Below, piece after piece: positions 9,679-17,396 of a stretch of 59,771 nucleotides of DNA. The notes under the pieces were generated by a model. That model was not told where the DNA came from and made no database searches. It worked only from the letters and a program-made list of their open reading frames with translations. The DNA is from an uncultured Desulfatiglans sp. (GTDB lineage Bacteria > Desulfobacterota > DSM-4660 > Desulfatiglandales > HGW-15): positions 1-59,771 of the forward strand of contig CAZCMD010000007.1 of the NCBI GenBank assembly GCA_964499695.1. The letters run 5' to 3'. Position numbers and translations under genes: made by a program. How positions within the stretch are numbered: position 1 is the first letter of the stretch; each line of letters starts with the position of its first letter.

Positions 9679-10044
9679 CTATTCAACAGGCTTCTGTTTT
9701 ACCACAAGGTGGTTTTCCTTTAGTACACCAAGGCTTTCATAGGCTATATCCTGGATAACCATATTAAAACCCGTTGCCATAGGGATAGTGCCCATGGCAT
9801 TCCAGATAATCTTTAAATCCTCTCCCCTGTCAAGGAGTGCCTTTGAGAGGAGAATGGAGATAGTGTCATGTACTTCATCCTCAGTTACATTCGAGAAACG
9901 GACAGCCGATTTATTAACAGGCGCCTTTGGAGGCGGTTCAACCTTTTTATCTGAGTCATAACTTCCTTCAAGCCCTGCCTGCCCCAAAAGGGCATCAATA
10001 TCATCCTGCGCTAGTAGTTTATCCCCGGTTGTCATACCTTCCAT
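9679..10044 (-). CDS. Hypothetical 121-aa protein with an N-terminal LAQDDIDALL motif
   Basis: ORF with an AAGGA RBS. It is the first gene of the minus-strand signalling cluster. I recognised no family beyond the motif. Confidence 0.5.
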   Translation of the reverse strand: MEGMTTGDKLLAQDDIDALLGQAGLEGSYDSDKKVEPPPKAPVNKSAVRFSNVTEDEVHDTISILLSKALLDRGEDLKIIWNAMGTIPMATGFNMVIQDIAYESLGVLKENHLVVKQKPVE

Positions 10045-10295
10045 TTCTTGTCCTTTTGTTTTAAATTAGGGTTAATCCTAAATCAATAAACCCTGATAAT
10101 TATTATAGAATGCATGTATTATGCTTGTTTATATAGATTATCGGCAGGAGTATTTTTTTTATTAAAATTAAATGGATAAGGTAATTAAATAATAGAAGAA
10201 AGGTTTCATTTCCAGATCAATATAAGTTAATAATCCTAATTTAAATTTATCTTTTATTATTTAGTATTCATCCTGAAAGAAAAAACCTTGATGAA

Positions 10296-10372
10296 GCTTT
10301 CAGTTGTCAACGGTCAGCTGACTCTTTGTTTTAAATGCCTTTTGCTGAACACTGAAAGCTAAAGGCTGACAG
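10296..10372. repeat. Intergenic GCTGA(C/A)AGC-type structured repeat
   Basis: AGCTTTCAGT (10296-10305) pairs with ACTGAAAGCT (10351-10360). GCTGACAGC-like units are also present at 47923-47958. Confidence 0.5.
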
Positions 10373-10378
10373 CTTAAA

Positions 10379-10400
10379 TCCAAAAACGACAGTTTTTGGA
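10379..10400 (-). terminator. Hairpin downstream of the cNMP/PilZ gene
   Basis: TCCAAAAAC-GACA-GTTTTTGGA. The U-tract on the minus strand is weak. Confidence 0.35.
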
Positions 10401-10406
10401 TGCACA

Positions 10407-11093
10407 TTATTTTGCCAGTATAGACCCAATGTATCGATCAAGCAGGTGACGTTCACTTATATTCATATCGACAAATTTCAACCCCATACCTGCGGGGTTA
10501 TCAGGCGGGGAATCATCACTGTTTACCCATGCTACAACACAGTTAATTTTTAATTGCTCCTCCACACCTGGCAGTTTAAGCTTTAGGATAAATGCCTCAC
10601 CCTCAGGGAGCGGATTGGTCGTTTTAATAAAAAGACCACCCTTGCCAATATTGTGGGTATATGCATTAACAAAGCTTTCATGATCTTTATATGAGAGAGA
10701 AAGGGTCTTTTTGATCCTCTGTTCCTCACGTGAAGTCATCTCTGACACCCTGCCGTTCATGGTGGTGAATCTGCTTACCAGTGTCTTTAAAATAAACCTG
10801 AAATCCGAGGACAGTTTATTGAATTCCCGGTCAAGGGTGTCCTTGTCTATGGCTGCAATGGTAGTACTGCCCACAGCTATTGCCGAGGCAGTCCGTTTGG
10901 CATTACCGATAAAGGCCATCTCACCAAAAACATCACCTGCCTTTAGATTGCTTAAGACATATTTCTTTTCGTCTATGGTCCTGAAAATTTCCACATTACC
11001 CGAAAGAATAATATAAACCCAGTCACCCGGGCTGTTTTCCCGGAAAATGATCTGACCATCAGAATAGGTTTCTTCATTTGCAAGCATAAACAT
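10407..11093 (-). CDS. Cyclic-nucleotide-binding domain fused to a PilZ domain
   Basis: N-terminal cNMP fold (GDVFGEMAFIGNAKRTASAIA). The C-terminal half is PilZ-like (EEQRIKKTLSLSY ... GKGGLFIKT ... GMGLKFVDM). RBS AGAGGGA. Confidence 0.72.
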   Translation of the reverse strand: MFMLANEETYSDGQIIFRENSPGDWVYIILSGNVEIFRTIDEKKYVLSNLKAGDVFGEMAFIGNAKRTASAIAVGSTTIAAIDKDTLDREFNKLSSDFRFILKTLVSRFTTMNGRVSEMTSREEQRIKKTLSLSYKDHESFVNAYTHNIGKGGLFIKTTNPLPEGEAFILKLKLPGVEEQLKINCVVAWVNSDDSPPDNPAGMGLKFVDMNISERHLLDRYIGSILAK

Positions 11094-11307
11094 GATATTA
11101 TCCCTCTTGTACCGATAATCCTGAATTTAAAAATCTGTTTACATATGATTTTTTCATTTCAATATCAGATAAAACATAATAAATTGATTAAGTATGTTTT
11201 TAACACATATACTTTTCTAAAAAAAGGTTTTTTTCATGTTAAAAGGGCATAGTCGTAAGGTTTTGAATAATCCTTGATTTTTATGTGTCGATACTGGAGA
11301 ACCATTT

Positions 11308-12519
11308 ATGAACAGGATATGCCTGCTTAAAAATGAGATACTTGAATACCCCTGGGGTTCAGAGAGATTTATACCGGAACTGCTTGGAATAAAACCGCCA
11401 TATAAGAGGCCACAGGCAGAAATGTGGATGGGGGCACACAAAAAGGCGCCATCAATGGTGAAGATTGATAATACATTGATCCCCCTGAACAGGCTAATAG
11501 AAGAACATCCTGATGATATACTTGGTAAATCCGTCTCTAAAAAATTTTCAGGCGAAATGCCCTTCCTTTTCAAGGTGCTCTCCGCCTCAAAACCGCTTTC
11601 CATTCAGGCCCATCCTGATAAAATGCAGGCAGATACAGGTTTCAGAAAGGAAAACGCCAGCGGCATCCCTCTGGATGCCCCAGATAGGAATTACAGGGAT
11701 AACAACCATAAGCCTGAACTGATTTGCGCACTGACCGAGATGTGGGCGCTCAAGGGGTTCAGAGACCCTGAGGAGATCATAAGGTTATGGGAACCCCTTG
11801 AAGGCATCCTAGGTAAAGGGTTTACCCATGTACTAAAAAAGCAGCCTGATGAATCAGGTATAAAAACCTTTTTCATGTGCCTTATGGATATGGATAAACA
11901 CAAAGCTGTTGATCTTATCAATGATGCAATAAAGGTTATTCAGCCATTAAGGAATAAAGACCATGCATACGAATGGATGGTTAGACTTAACATAGAGTAT
12001 CCGGGTGACATTGGCGTTCTTTCGCCTCTTTACCTTAATGTACTTAAGCTTGCACCATGTGAGGCAGTATTTTTACCTGCAAGGGAACTTCATGCATATC
12101 TATCAGGATCAGGCCTTGAGATAATGGCCAACTCTGACAATGTGCTGAGGGGAGGCCTCACTCAAAAACATATTGATAAAGAAGAGCTCTCTAATATACT
12201 TTCATTCGCCCCTGACAAGCCGAAGGTGATTACCGGTGATAGCAGGGGCTTTGAGACCCTTTATAACACCCCATCCGAAGAGTTTATCCTTTCTGTTATC
12301 AACCTGCATGAAGAGGATTCAGTATATAAAAAAGAGGGAGAGAGGGGTATTGAGATACTGCTGTGTACAGAGGGTAAGGTCAGAATAACCGATACCGGCC
12401 AGGGAAGCACACTTCTGATAAAAAGTGGGGATTCAATACTTATACCGGCAGCTGTCAGAGGATATACTTTAGAAGGTAATGCGAAAATCTATAAGGCATC
12501 TGTACCGGGAAATTTGTAG
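11308..12519 (+). CDS. manA: Mannose-6-phosphate isomerase, class I
   Basis: 403 aa with LSIQAHPDK and the ELHAYLSG metal-ligand contexts typical of type I PMI. Confidence 0.85.
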   Translation: MNRICLLKNEILEYPWGSERFIPELLGIKPPYKRPQAEMWMGAHKKAPSMVKIDNTLIPLNRLIEEHPDDILGKSVSKKFSGEMPFLFKVLSASKPLSIQAHPDKMQADTGFRKENASGIPLDAPDRNYRDNNHKPELICALTEMWALKGFRDPEEIIRLWEPLEGILGKGFTHVLKKQPDESGIKTFFMCLMDMDKHKAVDLINDAIKVIQPLRNKDHAYEWMVRLNIEYPGDIGVLSPLYLNVLKLAPCEAVFLPARELHAYLSGSGLEIMANSDNVLRGGLTQKHIDKEELSNILSFAPDKPKVITGDSRGFETLYNTPSEEFILSVINLHEEDSVYKKEGERGIEILLCTEGKVRITDTGQGSTLLIKSGDSILIPAAVRGYTLEGNAKIYKASVPGNL

Positions 12520-12540
12520 GTAAGGTTTAATCGTTTCGGA

Positions 12541-12580
12541 CAAAAAACAAAGGGGCTGTTTAAAGCCCCTTTGTTTTTTG
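12541..12580. terminator. Bidirectional rho-independent terminator between convergent manA and the porin gene
   Basis: CAAAAAACAAAGGGGC-TGTTTAA-GCCCCTTTGTTTTTTG, a perfect stem flanked by A and T runs. Confidence 0.75.
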
Positions 12581-12592
12581 TCCTGATAGTTA

Positions 12593-13924
12593 TTACCAGG
12601 TAAATATCGCCGAGGTCTGGAACCTGTTTGCGGTTCCGTCTGCTGAGCCTTTATACTCTGTTTCCCAGTAACTGTATTCAAGTCCAATGGTAAGCATTGG
12701 GAGCACCTTGAACATGGTATTCACAAAATAAAAGCTGTTTTTATCCCTGTTAGTGCTGTTGAGATCATTTGTATCAGGGTTATCAATACCGTACCCGGCA
12801 TTGTACTGCCACGCCTTGTTAAATGTAAAATTGATCTGTGACCACATGCCTGTAGTTGATATCTCATTTCTTGTTGTAGTATTAACGCCCTGGGATATAC
12901 CGCCAAAGTAGTCATCAAGGTTTTCACCGGTAAATGCCTCTCCACTCAGTGTGAAACGCTCTGAAAGGGGGATAACAAAATCAATGTTCCCTGACCATGA
13001 ATCAAGATCAGTCTCAACACCGGCCCAGTCTGCCTCTTCCCTTCCAAAATGGCCTGATATGCCTATTACATTCTTCTTCCCTGCAAAACCCTTTGTTGTG
13101 AGGGCAAATCTTCCCTGGACTGTCGGAAACCCTGAATCATCACCGTCATTCACACCATTACCGTCAAGATCTTCGTTTGCAAGGCCAGTTGTCCTTGATA
13201 CTGCCAACTGTGTCAGGACACCTGTAAATTCATCAAAGGTCTTGTTGTAGCTTAGCCGTGCCTGTGGCCTTCTGTATCCGATATTGCCTGCGCTCCATCC
13301 CACTGTGTAGTTGAGTGTAGAGGGGCTCAGGGGAGAGATGACATCAGATGTCTGACCGGCAAGGATACCCAGGCCACCTTTGGTTGTCTCAAGAAATGCA
13401 TGTCTCAACATCAGTTCTGCCTTGTTTTCATGTACAGCGGAACCGTCACCGTAAAAATCCGCCTCTACCTTGGCCTTTGTCTTAAAGCCGCTGTATTCCG
13501 GCGCAGTGATATCAACACCAACGCGGCTCTGCCTTGCAGTAAAATTAACCGTATCATCATTATCTACAGTGCCTTCACCTGCAACATAGGTGGCAAAGTT
13601 ACCGTTTGTAAGCCTGCTGTCATTGTATGAGGCATCGAGTTTGATATAGCCGTAACTCTTGATTTCAAACCCTCCGGAAGCTTTTGCAGCCTCCTGTGCT
13701 GGTGCAGCCGGCTTTTCAGTGCTGGCGACCTTTTGAGTCAGGAGTGACTTTAATTCATTTAACTCCTTTTCAAGCCTTTCAATCCGTGCCTTAAGTGCCT
13801 CATTTTCAGTCTCTGCCATTACTGCAACAGGCATAGACAAAAGAAGCATGCTAAATATGATAGTAAATAGTAATGTTCTGTTAAAAATCTTTATTCCGAA
13901 TTTATTCCCCATAATATTCTCCAT
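12593..13924 (-). CDS. Outer-membrane porin with an N-terminal coiled coil (DcaP-like)
   Basis: Signal peptide ending VAVMA-ETE, then coiled coil LKARIERLEKELNELKSLL. Beta-strand-rich body ending in an aromatic terminal residue (IFTW). Confidence 0.6.
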   Translation of the reverse strand: MENIMGNKFGIKIFNRTLLFTIIFSMLLLSMPVAVMAETENEALKARIERLEKELNELKSLLTQKVASTEKPAAPAQEAAKASGGFEIKSYGYIKLDASYNDSRLTNGNFATYVAGEGTVDNDDTVNFTARQSRVGVDITAPEYSGFKTKAKVEADFYGDGSAVHENKAELMLRHAFLETTKGGLGILAGQTSDVISPLSPSTLNYTVGWSAGNIGYRRPQARLSYNKTFDEFTGVLTQLAVSRTTGLANEDLDGNGVNDGDDSGFPTVQGRFALTTKGFAGKKNVIGISGHFGREEADWAGVETDLDSWSGNIDFVIPLSERFTLSGEAFTGENLDDYFGGISQGVNTTTRNEISTTGMWSQINFTFNKAWQYNAGYGIDNPDTNDLNSTNRDKNSFYFVNTMFKVLPMLTIGLEYSYWETEYKGSADGTANRFQTSAIFTW

Positions 13925-14092
13925 TTTTATATTAATATCTTTCCGGTGTTTTAGTGCTCATAAATTGAGCAGGCTGATAATGAAACTACCAGATACTGGA
14001 AGGGAGATATGATATTTTCAGTGCAATATCATGTCAAGCTGTTTTATTAGATATGCTGCGTTTTACCTGCTGAGTTATATGGAATGGACCCC

Positions 14093-14842
14093 CTATTTAA
14101 GTCCCACCGCATGCAGGAGTCTATTAACCTCATCATCTGTTAACATACGGTATTTACCGATCTTCAGATTACCCAGTTCAAGTTCTCCAAAACCTGTGCG
14201 CATGAGCTGTATGACTTTGCATCCGACAGCCTCAACCATGCGCCTTACCATCCTGTTTCTTCCCTGTGTTACAGTAAGCCTGATGACAGAACGGTTACCT
14301 GTCTGTCTGATAAGGTTTGCCTTTGTTGTCCCGCTGAAACCGTCTTCAAGCTCAATACCGTTTCTTAATCTGTTCAGGGTATCCTCGCTGACACTCCCTT
14401 CGATGGTAACCTTGTATGTCCTCACCACATGGAACTTCGGGTGTGTAAGCCTGTATGCAAAATCACCGTCATTGGTAAGAAGAAGGAGGCCGATACTGTC
14501 AAAATCCAGCCTGCCTACAGGATAGAGTCTCTCGGGGATATCATTAATAAGGTCTGTAACAACCGCCCTTTCACCGGGATCGCTCATGGATGTAATGTAA
14601 CCGAAGGGCTTGTTCAGCATGATGTAGACCCTGTCACTTGGGCCTAAAATCTCTTTACCGTCAAGCCTGATACTGTCTTTTCCCCAGATGGCCTTTGTGC
14701 CGAGTTCAAATATCTTTTTTCCATTAACGGTTACACGGCCGCTTTTGATCAGTTCGTCGGCCTTTCTTCTGGATGTGACACCTGAGAGAGAGAGTATCCT
14801 GTTAATCCTCTGTTCCATCTCCATCCTGTTCATCAGTGCCAT
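14093..14842 (-). CDS. rluB: 23S rRNA pseudouridine synthase, RsuA/RluB family, with S4 domain
   Basis: S4 motif (SGVTSRRKADELIKSGRVTVNG) and catalytic VGRLDFDSIGLLLLTNDG. The start may lie a few codons downstream, since the ORF overlaps the scpB tail. Confidence 0.8.
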   Translation of the reverse strand: MALMNRMEMEQRINRILSLSGVTSRRKADELIKSGRVTVNGKKIFELGTKAIWGKDSIRLDGKEILGPSDRVYIMLNKPFGYITSMSDPGERAVVTDLINDIPERLYPVGRLDFDSIGLLLLTNDGDFAYRLTHPKFHVVRTYKVTIEGSVSEDTLNRLRNGIELEDGFSGTTKANLIRQTGNRSVIRLTVTQGRNRMVRRMVEAVGCKVIQLMRTGFGELELGNLKIGKYRMLTDDEVNRLLHAVGLK

Positions 14843-15614
14843 TATCCGTTATATAGGGCTCATCCGGTTCAGGCGCAGCATCATATGAGTTTTCTTCTTC
14901 AAGGCGTTCATCCTCATATGACTCGTTAAGCCCTTCTGAATACGGCGTCTCTGTTTCAGCCTCTTCCGAATGGCTGTACACCTCCGTAACAGGTGTTTGC
15001 TCCATCTCGTTTTTAAACGGCAGAACAGCCTCGGGAGGAGAGGTGTTTTCACCTGATTCCTCCCTGTTTACTACTGTCGGTTCATACTGGTCAGAGGCAA
15101 AGTCCTTTATCTCCTTTAGCTTTGGAAGAGAGGAAAGGTCTTTAAGGTCAAAGACCTCAAGGAACCTCTTTGTGGTGCCATAGATAAGGGGTCTGCCCGG
15201 CAGATCCTTGCGGCCCATAATCTTAACAAGGTCTTTTTCCATAAGGGTCTTAAGGATTCCCCCCACATCGACGCCTCTTAGCCTTTCTATCTCGCTTTTG
15301 ATAATAGGCTGCTTGTAGGCGATAATTGCAAGGGTCTCGATTGTTGCCCTTGAAAGCCTGTTGGGGGTCTTCTGGAACATCCTCAGGATATATGAGCCAT
15401 ATTCAGGGCGGCTCCTGAACTGAAACCCGCCGGCAACCTCCTTCAGGATAAAGCTGCGTTCAAGGGTATCATAATCATGCTGAAGGATGGTGAGAGAATT
15501 CTTAATCTCCGCCTTGTCCGCATCCGGAAGACAGTCATGTATATCCTTTACAGTGAGTGGCTTATCAGATGAAAAGAGCAATGCCTCAATTATCATCTTC
15601 ATGGATTTGGCCAT
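14802..15614 (-). CDS. scpB: Segregation and condensation protein B
   Basis: IEALLF..PLT N-terminus, double winged-helix layout and an acidic C-terminal tail. It lies downstream of scpA. Confidence 0.85.
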   Translation of the reverse strand: MAKSMKMIIEALLFSSDKPLTVKDIHDCLPDADKAEIKNSLTILQHDYDTLERSFILKEVAGGFQFRSRPEYGSYILRMFQKTPNRLSRATIETLAIIAYKQPIIKSEIERLRGVDVGGILKTLMEKDLVKIMGRKDLPGRPLIYGTTKRFLEVFDLKDLSSLPKLKEIKDFASDQYEPTVVNREESGENTSPPEAVLPFKNEMEQTPVTEVYSHSEEAETETPYSEGLNESYEDERLEEENSYDAAPEPDEPYITDNGTDEQDGDGTED

Positions 15615-16353
15615 TATCTACTTCCTCTTTTTCGTTAAACCGTGCTTCAATACGTATATCGCTTTCAACCGAGGGCTGGTAAACCCTTACAAGACCCATA
15701 TGGACTATCTCAAGCACTGCCAGAAAGGTAATCACAAACTCTTCAAGGCTCCTGCCTTCTTTGAAAAGGTCTTTAAAAAACAGGGTCTGTTTTATCTTCA
15801 ATTCATCCAGGATATAGGCAATCTTGTCATTTATTGTAAAATGTTCATCCCTGAAGGTAAGCTCAGCATCAGGTACAAAATTATCCAGTATCCTTTTAAA
15901 GGCATCCATGAGCTGGAAAAGATTGACCTCCATTGTGGCATCTTCCGGCTCAAAGTCAGCAGAATAATCCTTGTCAGGCTTGCGCTGGAACACATCCCTC
16001 TCGAGCACCTGCCTCTCCGAGAGATCATCTGCCAGCTCCTTAAACTTGAGATACTCAAGAAGGGGCCTTGTTATCTCTTCCCTCGGGTCTACCTCTTCAC
16101 CATCCTCATCTTTTCCGGGTAACAGAAGCCTTGATTTGATATGGATGAGGGTCGCGGCCATAACAAGAAAATCCCCTGCCACATTTATATTCAGGGCCTT
16201 CATCATATCTATGTACTCAAGGTACTGATCCGTAATAAGGGCAATAGGGATATCAAAGATATCCACCTCATTCTTGCGGATAAGATGAATCAGGAGATCA
16301 AGGGGCCCCTCAAAGATCTCCAGCCTGATTTTATAGTCTTCGTTCTCTTCCAC
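15586..16353 (-). CDS. scpA: Segregation and condensation protein A (kleisin)
   Basis: FEGPLDLLIHLIRKNEVDIFDIPIA N-terminal signature. Confidence 0.87.
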   Translation of the reverse strand: MEENEDYKIRLEIFEGPLDLLIHLIRKNEVDIFDIPIALITDQYLEYIDMMKALNINVAGDFLVMAATLIHIKSRLLLPGKDEDGEEVDPREEITRPLLEYLKFKELADDLSERQVLERDVFQRKPDKDYSADFEPEDATMEVNLFQLMDAFKRILDNFVPDAELTFRDEHFTINDKIAYILDELKIKQTLFFKDLFKEGRSLEEFVITFLAVLEIVHMGLVRVYQPSVESDIRIEARFNEKEEVDNGQIHEDDN

Positions 16354-16356
16354 GTA

Positions 16357-17340
16357 TTAAATTCCAATAACGGCCTTGACCTCTGCCATTGTTTCTATGG
16401 CAATAGATCTGGCCAGTTTGTTCCCTCTTTCCATTATCTCCCTGACAATATCAGGATGGGAATCGAGCTCTGCCCTTTTTGCCTTTATGGGCTGAAGGGC
16501 ATTTATCAGGTTTTCAGCCATCATCTTTTTACATGCCACACACCCAACTTCTGCCTTCCTGCATTCCAGATTGATCTGGTTCACGGTTTCAGGGGTGCTG
16601 TAGATCTGGTGAAAGGTGAAAACATTACATATATCAGGGTTACCCGGATCTGACTTCCTCATGCGTTGCGGGTCTGTGATCATCTGGCTTACACTGGTAC
16701 GTATATCATTATCCGTGTCTGTAAGGTAAATGGAATTATTATAACTCTTGCTCATCTTGCGTCTGTCAAGGCCGAGTATCCTTGATGTGGGGGCAAGGAT
16801 GGTGGCCGGTTCAGGGAAGACCTCCTTCTCATATAAAAAATTAAACCGCCTTGCTATCTCCCTTGTGAGTTCAACATGGGGGGCCTGGTCTTCGCCGACC
16901 GGCACCCCGTTTGCCTTGTACATGAGGATATCTGCCGCCTGAAGCACGGGATACCCCAGAAACCCATATGTATACAGATCCTTCTGGGTCAGCTCGCGGA
17001 GCTGCTCCTTGTAGGTGGGGTTTCTTTCAAGCCATGGGAGGGGTGTTATCATGGAAAACACCAGATGCAGCTCCGTATGTTCCTTTATCTCGGACTGCAC
17101 AAAAAAGGTGGATTTTAATGGATCAAGCCCGACAGAAATCCAGTCCTTTACTATCTCGTTTACAGAACCCTTTATGATCCTGCTATTGGCATATTCGCTG
17201 GTAAGGGCATGCCAGTCTGCAATAAAAAAGAAACATTCATACTCTTCCTGTAAATTCTTCCAGTTGTTCAATGCACCATGAAGGTGCCCGAGATGCATCC
17301 TGCCGGTAGGCCGCATACCGCTCACTATTCTTTTCCGCAT
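16357..17340 (-). CDS. trpS: Tryptophan--tRNA ligase
   Basis: Class I HIGH-type motif (GRMHLGHLHG), KMSKS, 327 aa. Confidence 0.95.
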   Translation of the reverse strand: MRKRIVSGMRPTGRMHLGHLHGALNNWKNLQEEYECFFFIADWHALTSEYANSRIIKGSVNEIVKDWISVGLDPLKSTFFVQSEIKEHTELHLVFSMITPLPWLERNPTYKEQLRELTQKDLYTYGFLGYPVLQAADILMYKANGVPVGEDQAPHVELTREIARRFNFLYEKEVFPEPATILAPTSRILGLDRRKMSKSYNNSIYLTDTDNDIRTSVSQMITDPQRMRKSDPGNPDICNVFTFHQIYSTPETVNQINLECRKAEVGCVACKKMMAENLINALQPIKAKRAELDSHPDIVREIMERGNKLARSIAIETMAEVKAVIGI

Positions 17341-17396
17341 TAATATATACTCCTCAATATCATTCCGGGATTGGCCCAGTCTTATTGGATATCAAT

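Noticed and set aside
14031-14525. 164-aa plus-strand ORF
   Set aside because: It is antisense to rluB and is a Ser/Leu-rich shadow frame.
15487-16122. 211-aa plus-strand ORF
   Set aside because: It is antisense to scpA and scpB and has no supporting signals.
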